From: Bacteroidales bacterium
Lineage (GTDB): Bacteria > Bacteroidota > Bacteroidia > Bacteroidales > WCHB1-69
Length of the DNA: 64,000 nt
Direction: 5' to 3'
NCBI GenBank assembly: GCA_045130235.1
Contig: JBGUPJ010000034.1
Coordinates: 96,123 to 160,122, forward strand
Each line of letters begins with the position of its first letter. The first letter of the stretch is position 1. Shown here piece by piece: positions 1-10,583 of the stretch. The notes beneath the pieces are model-generated. The model made no database searches and was not told where the DNA came from. It saw nothing but the letters and a program-made list of their open reading frames with translations. The position numbers and the translations under genes were made by a program.

Positions 1-495
1 GGACTTCGGCTGCTTGGGCTTCTCCTCGATAGAGACAGCATTCATGTTTTCATCAAACTCCACCACACCGTAGCGCTCGGGGTCAGACACGTGATAGGCG
101 AAAACAATGCCACCGTCGGGGTCGTTATTCTTATAGAGATTATGCTCGAACGCACTGCCGTAGAAGATGTTATCGCCCAGCACCAGCGATACCTTGTCGT
201 TGCCGATGAACTCGCGACCCAGCACGAAGGCCTGCGCCAGTCCGTTGGGCACCTCCTGCACCTTGTATTCGAAGCGGCATCCGATGCGGCTGCCATCACC
301 TAACAATCGCTCGAAATGCGGCAGGTCGGTGGGGGTGGAGATGATCAAAATCTCACGAATTCCCGCAGAAAGCAGCGTGGAGAGCGGATAGTAAATCATC
401 GGTTTGTTATAAATGGGCATCAGCTGTTTGCTCATGGCCAGCGTAATGGGATGCAATCTCGTGCCTGCACCGCCTGCTAAAATGATTCCTTTCAT
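1..495 (-). CDS. rfbA: Glucose-1-phosphate thymidylyltransferase (5' part; runs off window start)
   Basis: Not in ORF track; reverse complement from 495 reads [33 protein letters not shown], the RmlA/RfbA N-terminus. Confidence 0.93.
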   Translation of the reverse strand, partial: MKGIILAGGAGTRLHPITLAMSKQLMPIYNKPMIYYPLSTLLSAGIREILIISTPTDLPHFERLLGDGSRIGCRFEYKVQEVPNGLAQAFVLGREFIGNDKVSLVLGDNIFYGSAFEHNLYKNNDPDGGIVFAYHVSDPERYGVVEFDENMNAVSIEEKPKQPKS

Positions 496-498
496 ATT

Positions 499-535
499 TG
501 ACAATTAATAATTTACAATTAACAATTTACAATTA
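499..535. repeat. Short degenerate heptamer run (ACAATTA/ACAATTT)
   Basis: tgacaattaataatttacaattaacaatttacaatta seen directly. Confidence 0.55.
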
Positions 536-543
536 TCGGGGGG

Positions 544-1689
544 TTATTTCTTTTTTAGAATAAGAAGATTGATTTCGGGCGTTGCCCCTAACCGGAACGG
601 CATCGCACCGCCCAGTCCGGTGGATACAAACAGTTTTTGACCATCCTCTTCGTACAGTCCACCCCATTCGTCGTACATCCATTTCACCGGTGAGAAGTTG
701 CCGATACGGAACTGCATGGCGTGGGTATGGCCCGATAGGGTGAGCGGGATGTTGGTCTGCGGCAGCACCTCCATGCGCCAGTGAGATGGATCGTGGCTGA
801 GCAACACGCTGAATGTTTGTGGGTTAAGGGAGTTTGTGGCCTTTTTCAGGTCGCCAAGCGGCTTGAAGGGGGGCTTCCCAATGTCGCCCACGCCTACTAT
901 GGCGATGCTGTCGTTGTCCCGTCGGATAATTACATTACTGTCTATCAGTAAGTTCCATCCTAAACTGCGTTCTATGTCAATCAGTCGCTGGCACTCTTCT
1001 GCCGAGTGAATACTGTCGTGATAGTAGGCGTAGGTGCCGTAGTCGTGGTTACCCAATATCGACAGCACACCATCTTTCGCATGAAGCGACGAGAGAATGT
1101 CGGTGAAAGGTGTCACTTCCGAAGCTCTGAGGTTGACCAAATCGCCGGTAAACACAATCAGGTCGGGGTGTAAGGAATTCGCCGAATCCACCACACGCTT
1201 CACGAAGTCGCTGCCGGCGTTGTACGAGCCGATATGGAAGTCGGAAATCTGCACGATGCGGTAGCCGTCGAAGGCGGGCGGCAGGTTGTTGAATGTGAGT
1301 TCTTGTTTCTTCACTTCAAGTTTGGTCATGCCGAAGGAGCAGGCATAGAGGGCGGTCAGCATCACGATGGCCGCTAAGCCCATGCTGATGTACAATCCGA
1401 TTTTTCTGCCTTTTTTAGACCAATGTCCTACAATCTGGGAGATAGTGTCACATACGGTGAAGATCGCTTTGGGGAGGGAGAGGCAGAGCAGGATATAGAA
1501 GAAGATGCGGCTCAATATGGGGGTGTTCTTCCCAAAAAACATGAGCATTCCTACCAATAGCACATAAAGCAGTGGCAGGAAGAAGAGCAGCGTCCATCCT
1601 ATCTTTTTTTTGCGCAGGAAAAAGTACCAGATGTAGAGGTCTGGTATCAGCAGCAGCGAGGCGAAAATGATGATAAGCGACAATCTCAT
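544..1689 (-). CDS. Membrane-anchored metallophosphoesterase (YkuE/YaeI-like)
   Basis: N-terminal TM helices; DFH, GDLVN, GNHDY, SHDP and GHTH motifs. Confidence 0.9.
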   Translation of the reverse strand: MRLSLIIIFASLLLIPDLYIWYFFLRKKKIGWTLLFFLPLLYVLLVGMLMFFGKNTPILSRIFFYILLCLSLPKAIFTVCDTISQIVGHWSKKGRKIGLYISMGLAAIVMLTALYACSFGMTKLEVKKQELTFNNLPPAFDGYRIVQISDFHIGSYNAGSDFVKRVVDSANSLHPDLIVFTGDLVNLRASEVTPFTDILSSLHAKDGVLSILGNHDYGTYAYYHDSIHSAEECQRLIDIERSLGWNLLIDSNVIIRRDNDSIAIVGVGDIGKPPFKPLGDLKKATNSLNPQTFSVLLSHDPSHWRMEVLPQTNIPLTLSGHTHAMQFRIGNFSPVKWMYDEWGGLYEEDGQKLFVSTGLGGAMPFRLGATPEINLLILKKK

Positions 1690-1695
1690 AGGACG

Positions 1696-2922
1696 TTATC
1701 GTTTCTCAAGCTCTTCGATTTCTCGGGTGAGATTCTTCGGGAGGTTGTTCACGCAGTGGTGGCACCTCATCTCCAAGGTGTACATACGGCCGATGCAGTA
1801 GTTGGAGTGTTTGCAGCCGCTACGCTCCTCACCTGCGGCGAGTTTGTTCACGAAGTCGGTGTCATGCACGAGCGCGCGGGCCATCTGCAGTCCGTCGAAA
1901 CCGGCATCCAGCACCTCCTCCATCTTGCTCTTGGAGACGAGGCCGCCCACATACACTAAGGGGAGCTTCAGCGCGGCGCGGAACTTCTTGGCATCCTCCA
2001 AGAAGTAGGCCTCCTTGAAGGGCACTTCCGGAATGAGGATATGGCCGAACATGCGCACACCGATCTTGAGCCACCAGAATTTCCAAGGGTTCATGTAGTG
2101 GGTGAGGGTCTTGTACGGCATGCAGCCGCGCATCACCGCCATCGGGGCCTTGCTGACGAAGCCTGCGGTGAGCACCAGCGCGTGTGCGCCCAGCCGTTCG
2201 AGTTCTTTGGCCACCTCGAGGCACTCGTCGAGTCCCAAACCGCCCTTGAAACCATCGTACATGTTGGTTTTCACGAAAACCGCCATATCATCGCCGGCCG
2301 CCCTCATCACCTCCTTCATCACCATGCGCATAAAGGTCATACGGTTGTCGAGCGAGCCGCCGAACTTGTCCTTCCGGCGGTTGGTATAGGGCGACAGAAA
2401 CTGGCTGATGAGGTAGCCGTGTCCGGCATGAATCTCCACAGCATCGAAGCCAGCCTCGCGAGCGAGGTTCACCGACCGGCCAAAATCTTTTACCAAACCC
2501 TCAATCTCAGCCTCGGTGAGTTTGCGGTGGAAGGTGGGCGAGTAGAAGTTGAAACCGCCGGAGGCTCCCACCGGCAGTTGTCCGCAGGTGCTGCGGTGCG
2601 TCATGTTGCCGCAGTGTCCCAGCTGGATGGAGGCTTTCGCACCCGCCGCATGGATGGCGTCGGTGAGCTTGCGCAAGTCGGGAATGATCTCCTCGCGCAT
2701 CCACAGTTGGCCGTCGAACGACACACCGCTACGGTTCACCGCCGCATAGGCGATGGTGGTCATGCCGATGCCGCCTTTGGCCACGGCTGTATGATAGTTG
2801 TACAAATCCTCTGAGGGCTTGTTGCCGTAACACATGTTCTCAAATGCGGCTGAACGAATCGTGCGGTTCCGCAGGGTCAGCGGACCGAAAGTCACTGGGG
2901 TGAAGATTTTGGAATCTGACAT
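1696..2922 (-). CDS. NADH:flavin oxidoreductase (Old Yellow Enzyme family; 5-beta-reductase-like)
   Basis: LRNR start, EIHAGHGYLISQFLSP..NRR.D.FGGSL.NR motif; adjacent to steroid 5-alpha-reductase-like gene. Confidence 0.9.
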   Translation of the reverse strand: MSDSKIFTPVTFGPLTLRNRTIRSAAFENMCYGNKPSEDLYNYHTAVAKGGIGMTTIAYAAVNRSGVSFDGQLWMREEIIPDLRKLTDAIHAAGAKASIQLGHCGNMTHRSTCGQLPVGASGGFNFYSPTFHRKLTEAEIEGLVKDFGRSVNLAREAGFDAVEIHAGHGYLISQFLSPYTNRRKDKFGGSLDNRMTFMRMVMKEVMRAAGDDMAVFVKTNMYDGFKGGLGLDECLEVAKELERLGAHALVLTAGFVSKAPMAVMRGCMPYKTLTHYMNPWKFWWLKIGVRMFGHILIPEVPFKEAYFLEDAKKFRAALKLPLVYVGGLVSKSKMEEVLDAGFDGLQMARALVHDTDFVNKLAAGEERSGCKHSNYCIGRMYTLEMRCHHCVNNLPKNLTREIEELEKR

Positions 2923-2971
2923 GAAAATGTTTTTTTTATGCTTAATTATGCTAAAAATTGGCAGAGTATGA

Positions 2972-3760
2972 CTAATAAATGAAGGGAATCACCCGCTTGA
3001 GTTTCTTGCCTTCCATCTCTTCATTAAAATCGTGTTGGTATTTGTGATAGAGAGTGTTAGCGCGGGGTACCAAGTTAGCAAAAGTCCAGATGAAGAACAC
3101 AAGGCCGGCCATCGACCAAGTCAGGATGGCGAATCCCAGCCACTCCATCAGTTCGCCGCAGTAGTTGGCGGAGGTGACGTAGTTGAACATGCCGCCCTTG
3201 GGCAGATAGTGGTTGTGGTCGTCGGGACTTTTGCGGAGGTGACGGATGATGTAGTCGGAACGCAGGTTGATGAAAAAACCGATGAAGAAGAGGATTGTGC
3301 CGAGAATGAACTGCGGGGAGGTGAGCCACTGTGTATCGGTATAGTGGAGACCGAAGGCGCTGTAGTTCACGTGGTACGACTCGTAGAAAATCCAGTAGCC
3401 CTGCATGATAGCGTTGAGGCAGTTGAAGCACACGCCCATCAGCATGATACCGATAGGCATCTTGCTTTTCCCTTTCATTAAAAAAGGAAAGACAAAGACT
3501 CGTTGGAAGTAGTGGAGTTCGAAAATCAGGAAGAAGACCAGCGGCACGAGGTCGAAGCGGTGGGGCGAGAGTGCCCACAGCACGACCATGGCGGCGAACA
3601 CCGGCACTTCCATGATGAACCAGGCCACCTTGTTATTGATGAGCTTGCCCCAACGGGCAGAGACCAGCATTCCGTAGCCGGCCTCCACGAAGTAGAGCGA
3701 CACGAACACGATGAGGGCGATGCCCGTCATCACGAGGAGGAAGATGTTGAAGAATGACAT
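2972..3760 (-). CDS. 3-oxo-5-alpha-steroid 4-dehydrogenase (steroid 5-alpha-reductase family)
   Basis: AWFIME.P, HYFQR, Y.LPKGGMFNYV.SANY.GE..EW.G motifs; multi-TM. Confidence 0.9.
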   Translation of the reverse strand: MSFFNIFLLVMTGIALIVFVSLYFVEAGYGMLVSARWGKLINNKVAWFIMEVPVFAAMVVLWALSPHRFDLVPLVFFLIFELHYFQRVFVFPFLMKGKSKMPIGIMLMGVCFNCLNAIMQGYWIFYESYHVNYSAFGLHYTDTQWLTSPQFILGTILFFIGFFINLRSDYIIRHLRKSPDDHNHYLPKGGMFNYVTSANYCGELMEWLGFAILTWSMAGLVFFIWTFANLVPRANTLYHKYQHDFNEEMEGKKLKRVIPFIY

Positions 3761-3762
3761 TG

Positions 3763-5664
3763 TTACTCAATGATAAATTCCATGGGCAGACGGGCCTGTA
3801 CGCCTTTCAGATGACGTATTTGGCGGAGGGCTGCGAAAGCGGGATAGAGCTCGCCAAGCTCGGTACGGTAGCGGTCTTCGATATTCACCTCTTCTTGTCC
3901 GACATTGTTACTAGTGAGCATTTCCATGAAGGTTTTCTTTTCGGGATAATATACCACTTCGTACTTGTCGTCAATGCCGGCTTTTTGGGCTGCCAGTTTG
4001 ATGGCATCTTGGAGGTTGCCCAGCTTGTTCACAAGACCGATTTTGAGAGCATCTTCGCCGGTCCATACGCGTCCCATACCGACACTGTCAACATCTTCTA
4101 CGCTCATTTTGCGACCTTTGGCCACGCGGCTGAGGAAGGTGGCGTAGGTGTCGTCCACGCTGTTCTGCATGAATTCGCTCTCTTTCTCGTCCATGGCGCG
4201 GTAGCCTGTAAGAGCGTCGGAGTGGGCATTGGTGTTCACACCATCAACGTAGATTTGCAAGTAGTTGGAAAGGAAGTTGCCGAAACTGGGAACCATGCCG
4301 AACACGCCGATGGAGCCCGTGATGGTGGTGGGTTCGGCCACGATGGCATCGGAGTTGCAGGAAATGTAATAACCACCGGAAGCGGCGTAGTCGCCCATGG
4401 AGGTCACCACTACTTTACCGGCCTTTTTGGCCTGCTCAATCTCATTCCAGATGACTTCAGAGGCAAGGGCACTGCCGCCGGGGGAGTTCACTCTCAGAAC
4501 GATGGCCTTCACATTTTCGTCCTGTGCAGCCCGACGTATCTCACGGCTCAGCGATGTGGAACCGATGACGCTCTCACTGCCTTCACCATCAATAATTTCA
4601 CCCACAGCATAGATGACAGCCACCTTTTTGCTGCTCGATTTCACCGATGACTCTTTCAGAGACGCTGTGTATTCGTCAAGACTGACCAGGGTGATTTTCT
4701 TTTTCTCATCCACACCTGACTTTGCGTGGAGGGCTTTTATATATTCGGTGCGGTAGTTCAATTCGTCCACCAGTTTGTATTGTAGGGCATCGGCGCCGCG
4801 CTGAATCAGCAGACTGTCGGCAATTTCGTTCAGTTGATCCACGGAAATCTTACGGGATTGGGCGATGGCTTTTGTGAAAGTTCCCCAAATAGAGTTGGCG
4901 AGCGCCTCCGATTGCTCGCGGCTGGCCTCGCTCATGTCGTAGCGGGAGTAGGGTTCCACCGCACTTTTGTAGCGGCCGTGTTTCACCACTTCGATGTCGA
5001 TTTGCAGCATATCTAAGAGTCCCTTGAAATAGTAATTCTGCAATGAAAGACCGCGAAGGTCAATCGTGCCTTGCGGGTTCAAATACACCTTGTCGGCCAC
5101 GGAAGCAATATAATATGCGCTCTGCGAATAGGTGTCGCTATAGGCATAGACGAATTTTCCGGATTGTTTGAATTCTTGCAAAGCTCTGCGAATTTCTTCC
5201 AAACTTGCCGGACTTCCAGATACTGCGGTGAGGTTCAGAGAGATACCTTTGATTTTGTCATCATTTTTGGCCTCATCGATAGCTCGCAGAATGTCATCCA
5301 GCCCGATGGGGCTTTTCATTCCCCGTATTGAGTACGCAAAAGCGTCGGAAGAACGCTCGGCGATAGGAGCGTCCAAAGTCAGCTCAAGGACGGAATTCTT
5401 GGGGATAGAGACACTGCTGTTGAAGGCAGCGACAAGGATGAACAGACCCAAAACGATGAGGAGGGTGTTGGCAAGAAGGAATCCCACGAAGGAGCCGAGT
5501 ACAGTTCTCCAGAATTTTCTGGAGCGGGTATCGGGCTTGGGCTCTTTCTTTTTGCATGATTGGGTTTGCTGCATTTCCTGCGCTGGCACCTCTGCGGTCG
5601 GCGGCTCAGGAATGAAATCAGGATTGAAATTGTTGGTTTCTTGGTTCAAATCTTGTGTATCCAT
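3763..5664 (-). CDS. sppA: Signal peptide peptidase SppA, 67 kDa type
   Basis: YKSAVEP, LRVNSPGGS, AASGGYY, TITGSIGVFG motifs. Confidence 0.95.
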   Translation of the reverse strand: MDTQDLNQETNNFNPDFIPEPPTAEVPAQEMQQTQSCKKKEPKPDTRSRKFWRTVLGSFVGFLLANTLLIVLGLFILVAAFNSSVSIPKNSVLELTLDAPIAERSSDAFAYSIRGMKSPIGLDDILRAIDEAKNDDKIKGISLNLTAVSGSPASLEEIRRALQEFKQSGKFVYAYSDTYSQSAYYIASVADKVYLNPQGTIDLRGLSLQNYYFKGLLDMLQIDIEVVKHGRYKSAVEPYSRYDMSEASREQSEALANSIWGTFTKAIAQSRKISVDQLNEIADSLLIQRGADALQYKLVDELNYRTEYIKALHAKSGVDEKKKITLVSLDEYTASLKESSVKSSSKKVAVIYAVGEIIDGEGSESVIGSTSLSREIRRAAQDENVKAIVLRVNSPGGSALASEVIWNEIEQAKKAGKVVVTSMGDYAASGGYYISCNSDAIVAEPTTITGSIGVFGMVPSFGNFLSNYLQIYVDGVNTNAHSDALTGYRAMDEKESEFMQNSVDDTYATFLSRVAKGRKMSVEDVDSVGMGRVWTGEDALKIGLVNKLGNLQDAIKLAAQKAGIDDKYEVVYYPEKKTFMEMLTSNNVGQEEVNIEDRYRTELGELYPAFAALRQIRHLKGVQARLPMEFIIE

Positions 5665-5881
5665 AAAGTGATTTTTAATGATTTATTTTCTCTAAAAAAA
5701 TTGTGCAAAAATACACATTTTTATGAATGGTTGGAGAAATTTCCCTAAAATATAACGTCATAGATTCAAGAAAATTGAGTGATTGTCAAAGGGAATAAAA
5801 ATCATAGGTGAAAGGGTGAATAATTATGAGATTTCAACTATCTTTGCACGCTGAAAGCGAAACAGATTTCAAATTTATTTT

Positions 5882-7315
5882 ATGGTGAAGAAAGATTATT
5901 TGAAGGAATTGAAAAATCCAATATATCAAATAGTTGGAGAAACGGCAGATGAGATGGGAGTAGTGGCTTACGCTGTGGGTGGTGTGGTGCGTGACATTTT
6001 TCTGAACCGTAATTCCAATGATATTGATGTCGTGGTGGTGGGTTCCGGCATCGAACTGGCGGAGGCTACCGCCGCGAAGATTTCGCCCCACCTTAACGTG
6101 AGCGTCTATCGCAATTTTGGTACCGCGCAGTTCACCCACAACGGGGTGATGGTGGAGTTCGTGGGTGCGCGCAGGGAGTCTTACTCCAGAGGTTCCCGCA
6201 AGCCTGTCGTTGAGGACGGCACCCTTCAGGATGACCAAAACCGCCGCGACTTCACCGTCAATGCCTTGGCCATCGCCCTCAATGGTCCTGAAAAAGGATG
6301 CCTCATCGACTCCTTCCATGGTCTCGATGACCTGAACAACAAGTTGATACGCACGCCTTTGGATCCGGATATTACCTTTTCTGACGACCCGTTGCGGATG
6401 CTCCGTGCCGTCCGTTTTGCCTCGCAACTCAACTTTACTATCGTTCCCGAAACCTACGACGCCATCGTGCGGAATGTTTCCCGCCTCGAAATTATTTCTA
6501 TGGAGCGCATCACCACGGAGATGAATAAGATTCTCCTTTCCCACAAACCTTCCATCGGACTCTCGCTGCTCGAAAAAACGGGACTGCTGGCGCAATTCCT
6601 GCCCGAGCTTGTCGCCTTGAAAGGGGTGGAGACAATCAACGGATTGAAACACAAGGACAATTTTCTGCACACCTTGGAAGTGGTGGACAAAATCGCCCTC
6701 GTCAGCAACAACCTCTATCTGATATGGGCCGCTCTGCTGCACGACATTGCCAAACCCAAGACCAAACGCTTTGACGAGAAAATTGGCTGGACATTCCACG
6801 GCCACGAGGTGGTGGGTGCCCGCATGGTGGCCCAGATCTTTCGCAGAATGAAGCTCCCCTGCGATGAGAAAATGAAATATGTGCAGAAGTTGGTGGGACT
6901 GCATCTTCGTCCGCAAGCTCTTGTGGATGAGAGTATTACTGACTCTGCTGTGCGTCGCCTCCTGTTCGAGGCCGGCGACGATGTGGATGACCTGATGCTC
7001 CTTTGCGAAGCCGACATCACCTCGAAAAACATGTTCAAGGTGAAACAATATCTACAGAATTTCGCCATTGTGCGGCAGAAGTTTGTGGAGATTGAGGAGA
7101 AGGACAAGATTCGCAACTGGCGGCCACCCATTGATGGCGGAATCATCATGAAAACCTTTCAGCTCAAGCCTTCGCGGGAAGTGGGTGTCATTAAAGATGC
7201 CGTGTGTGATGCCATCCTCGACGGCTTGATTGAGAACACCTACGAGGCGGCATTCGCGTACATGTTGGAGGTGGGAAAAGGACTGGGGCTTGAAGCTATT
7301 ACCCCATCCTTATGA
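5882..7315 (+). CDS. cca: CCA tRNA nucleotidyltransferase / HD-domain protein
   Basis: VGG.VRD, DIDV, RRDFT.NA, DDPLRMLRA.RF, LLHDIAK motifs. Confidence 0.9.
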   Translation: MVKKDYLKELKNPIYQIVGETADEMGVVAYAVGGVVRDIFLNRNSNDIDVVVVGSGIELAEATAAKISPHLNVSVYRNFGTAQFTHNGVMVEFVGARRESYSRGSRKPVVEDGTLQDDQNRRDFTVNALAIALNGPEKGCLIDSFHGLDDLNNKLIRTPLDPDITFSDDPLRMLRAVRFASQLNFTIVPETYDAIVRNVSRLEIISMERITTEMNKILLSHKPSIGLSLLEKTGLLAQFLPELVALKGVETINGLKHKDNFLHTLEVVDKIALVSNNLYLIWAALLHDIAKPKTKRFDEKIGWTFHGHEVVGARMVAQIFRRMKLPCDEKMKYVQKLVGLHLRPQALVDESITDSAVRRLLFEAGDDVDDLMLLCEADITSKNMFKVKQYLQNFAIVRQKFVEIEEKDKIRNWRPPIDGGIIMKTFQLKPSREVGVIKDAVCDAILDGLIENTYEAAFAYMLEVGKGLGLEAITPSL

Positions 7316-9144
7316 AATTGGCCACCATCCTCTTCAAAATTTGCTGGTACCTGACCGCCGCGGCGCTGGCTGGGGCCACTTTTGTGGAACAGTTGTGTGG
7401 GAAACCCTTTATCCATCAGCATTTTTACGGGCATTGGGCCTTTTGGACAGCTTTGAGTATGTTCGTGGTTTTGGGCACTCTTCTTTCATTTTTATCCTCC
7501 CAAAATAAAGTCGTGAAATGCCTTCACCTCACTCCGCTTTTTCTGCTGGTGGGAAGTTTTGTTTCCTTATGGCAGACATGGGGGAAAGCGATTGTGTTTG
7601 TTGGTTATGCTTGGTTTGCTGTATTTTATGTTCTAATGATGGCTAAAAAGGATGGAGAGTTTCGGGCTCTGCTGAAGAAATTGTCGATAGGGGCGCTGCC
7701 CATTCTCCTCTTTCCAATAGAAATGTCGGCGCAGAAAACCATCAGCCGAGAAGTCGCTCGTGAGATGGAGGATGTGGTGGTGGAATATGAGGGTAGGGAA
7801 GCCCCATTAGTGGCCTTGTGTGATGATTATCTGTTTGATATTTATGGAGATACCAAGTATGGGGATTTCAGTAGCGTGGAGGTGGTGATGGGGTGGGTGC
7901 TGTTTCCCGAAGAGTGGATTTCGGAGCCGATTGTGAAAATTTCTGGCAGAGTCACCCGACAAAAATTGCATTGTGGGAAATATGCCAGTCCTTTGCAATT
8001 GTTAGGAACAGGCCATTCTTCAGATATAGAAAATATTGATATTCAAGATGATAAAAATCTTCAAAAAGTAGTGCTGAAGCTGCGGCAGTTGCAATACCTG
8101 CGTTCAGGATTGGCTTTCAAAATGTTTCCCTCGCAACATCGATGGTTTGCCGCTGCCGATGATCTTTCTTCACTGCCATCAGAAGAAACAGTTTTTATCC
8201 ATCATTTTTTCAAAATATTATATATCAATACATTAAATAATCATTCTTCTCAAAATATTGTCTTAATAAAACAATTGAAGGAGAAACAGCGGGCACAGAT
8301 TCAACGGCCTCGTGCCATCCAAAGCGAAGTGTGCTATCACTATGCCAAAAAATGGTTAAGTCACTGGCTGCCCTGCCTGATCGTTCTTCTCCTTTTGGCA
8401 TTTCGTCATCTTTTTTTTAGTGGAAAAGAGGAAAGGATGATGGATTTGAGTTTCAGAATATTAGCTTTCATCCTCCTCTTGATGGCCATCGTCCATTGGA
8501 TTTGGCGTTGGACCTTGTGCGGACACATTCCCCTCAGCAGCAGCTACGACACATTACTGTTTTTATCTATCATTATTTTATTGATTACTAATATTTTATG
8601 GAAAAAGAATCCATTGCTTCCAATAGGTGGACTTTTTCTTTTGATGATGGTTTTTGTAGTGATGGGATTGTCGTTCAACAGTCCGAAAATCAGCCTGTTG
8701 CCTCCTGTTTTAGATTCGCCCTGGCTCAGTATCCATGTGCTGTTGATGATGGTGTCGTACGCCCTGCTGGCATTTACTTTTATTATCCCTATTATTTTAT
8801 TGGTTATCAAAATTCTTAATAAATTTTCTTTAGAAATTGAAGAAAAACTGACCGCCTTTTCGCGCCTGCTGTTATGGCCTGGAATTGGCTTGTTGGTTTT
8901 GGGCATCATGACTGGCTCGATATGGGGCGACACGGCGTGGGGGCACTATTGGAACTGGGATCCGAAGGAGGTGTGGGCGTTGGTGACGCTGATGCTTTAT
9001 GCGCCGGCGCTTCAGACGCGCTTTTTTCCCAGTTTTCGTCGGCCACTTTTTTACCATATATATATGATAGCCGCCTTTCTCTGTCTGCTGATGACCTATT
9101 TTGGGGTGAATTTTTGGCTGGGTGGTCTTCACGCATACGCCTAA
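7312..9144 (+). CDS. ccsA: Cytochrome c biogenesis protein CcsA (system II)
   Basis: C-terminal WG.YW.WDPKE.W tryptophan-rich signature, L.S.WL.IHV. Confidence 0.85.
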   Translation: MKLATILFKICWYLTAAALAGATFVEQLCGKPFIHQHFYGHWAFWTALSMFVVLGTLLSFLSSQNKVVKCLHLTPLFLLVGSFVSLWQTWGKAIVFVGYAWFAVFYVLMMAKKDGEFRALLKKLSIGALPILLFPIEMSAQKTISREVAREMEDVVVEYEGREAPLVALCDDYLFDIYGDTKYGDFSSVEVVMGWVLFPEEWISEPIVKISGRVTRQKLHCGKYASPLQLLGTGHSSDIENIDIQDDKNLQKVVLKLRQLQYLRSGLAFKMFPSQHRWFAAADDLSSLPSEETVFIHHFFKILYINTLNNHSSQNIVLIKQLKEKQRAQIQRPRAIQSEVCYHYAKKWLSHWLPCLIVLLLLAFRHLFFSGKEERMMDLSFRILAFILLLMAIVHWIWRWTLCGHIPLSSSYDTLLFLSIIILLITNILWKKNPLLPIGGLFLLMMVFVVMGLSFNSPKISLLPPVLDSPWLSIHVLLMMVSYALLAFTFIIPIILLVIKILNKFSLEIEEKLTAFSRLLLWPGIGLLVLGIMTGSIWGDTAWGHYWNWDPKEVWALVTLMLYAPALQTRFFPSFRRPLFYHIYMIAAFLCLLMTYFGVNFWLGGLHAYA

Positions 9145-9272
9145 GTTGAAGTTGGGAAAAGAAGTGAAATTTTTTTCGCGACCAAACAAATAATATTGTA
9201 TCTTTGCACCGCCAATGGCAAATACTGATTTTGCTATCATCAAAATATTATCAACATTAAAAATATCATCAG

Positions 9273-10469
9273 ATGAAAAAATTTGATCCCGCAACCCAAA
9301 TCCAAGCTATTGATCAAAAAGACCTGAACCGCGGTGTGAACCCGGCCATTTGCGACAGCGCAACCTTTATGTTCGAACAGGCTAAAACCATGACCGACAC
9401 TTTCCATGGTGAGACGGAAGGTTACTATCTCTATTCCCGTCACTGGAACCCCAGCACCTTTGCTCTTTGCCAGGCATTGGCCGCAATGGAGGGCACCGAA
9501 TGCGCATGGGCTACCGGTTCCGGTATGGCTGCCATCACCGTTGCGTTGCTTCACGAAGTGAAGGCTGGCGACCACATCCTCTCCAGCATGACCACCTACG
9601 GCGGCACGTTTGCTTTCTTGAACAACTACATCAAGAAATTTGGTGTGGAGGTGGATTTTGTGAATATGCAAGATCTGGATGCCGTGAAAAAGGCTGTCAA
9701 ACCCAACACCAAGGTGATCTATACCGAAACCATGAACAACCCGTTGCTCCGCATCGCCAACATTCCCGAGCTCTCGAAGATTGCTCATGCTGCTGGTGCC
9801 AAGCTGTTGGTTGACAACACCTTCACCCCGATGATTTTCTCCCCCTACCGTTTGGGTGCCGACGTGGTGATTTACAGTATGACCAAATATGTGAATGGTA
9901 TGAACGACTGTGTGGCAGGTGCCATCTGTGGTACGGCCGACTATATCAACTCGCTCATCAATGTGAACGACGGTACCGCCATGTTGCTGGGTCCCGTGCT
10001 TGATCCGATGCGTTCATCCAGCATTCAGAAGAACCTGCACACCTTGCACATCCGCATGAAAAAGCACAGCGAGAATGCCATGTATCTGGCCAAGAGATTC
10101 AAAGAAACCGGTATCAAATACAACTATCCCGGACTTCCCGAGCATGTGGATCACGAGCTGTTCAAATCCATGATGAATGAAGAGTACGGCTTCGGCGGTA
10201 TGATTTCCATTGACATGGGTACGGCTGAGAAGGCCAGCGCCATCATGGAAGAGATGCAGCGTCTGGGCGTGGGTTACCTCGCAGTGAGCCTCGGTTACTT
10301 CAAGACTTTGTTCAGCAACTCCGGCAAGTCCACCTCTTCTGAGGTTCCGGAAGACATCCAGAAGGAGATGGGTATGAGCGAAGGCCTCATCCGTTTCTCT
10401 GTTGGTTTGGACAACGATGCTGAAAGAACCTTCCAGCTCATCAAACAAGCCATTGAAGCAGTGAAATAA
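9273..10469 (+). CDS. Methionine gamma-lyase-like PLP enzyme (Cys/Met metabolism family)
   Basis: YSR..NP, SGMAAI, YGGT, VDNTF, S.TKY PLP lysine, LAVSLG. Confidence 0.88.
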   Translation: MKKFDPATQIQAIDQKDLNRGVNPAICDSATFMFEQAKTMTDTFHGETEGYYLYSRHWNPSTFALCQALAAMEGTECAWATGSGMAAITVALLHEVKAGDHILSSMTTYGGTFAFLNNYIKKFGVEVDFVNMQDLDAVKKAVKPNTKVIYTETMNNPLLRIANIPELSKIAHAAGAKLLVDNTFTPMIFSPYRLGADVVIYSMTKYVNGMNDCVAGAICGTADYINSLINVNDGTAMLLGPVLDPMRSSSIQKNLHTLHIRMKKHSENAMYLAKRFKETGIKYNYPGLPEHVDHELFKSMMNEEYGFGGMISIDMGTAEKASAIMEEMQRLGVGYLAVSLGYFKTLFSNSGKSTSSEVPEDIQKEMGMSEGLIRFSVGLDNDAERTFQLIKQAIEAVK

Positions 10470-10490
10470 TCTGCAATATGACAATACATA

Positions 10491-10520
10491 GGGGATGCTC
10501 GTTGGGCATCCCCTTTTTTG
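10491..10520 (+). terminator. Intrinsic terminator
   Basis: GGGGATGCTC-gttg-GGCATCCCC hairpin followed by T run. Confidence 0.8.
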
Positions 10521-10583
10521 TGGCATTTTCCCTCCTATCACCCTCCCTGTTCTTCTGCGGCATAGTTGCAGACCAGTCAGCTC

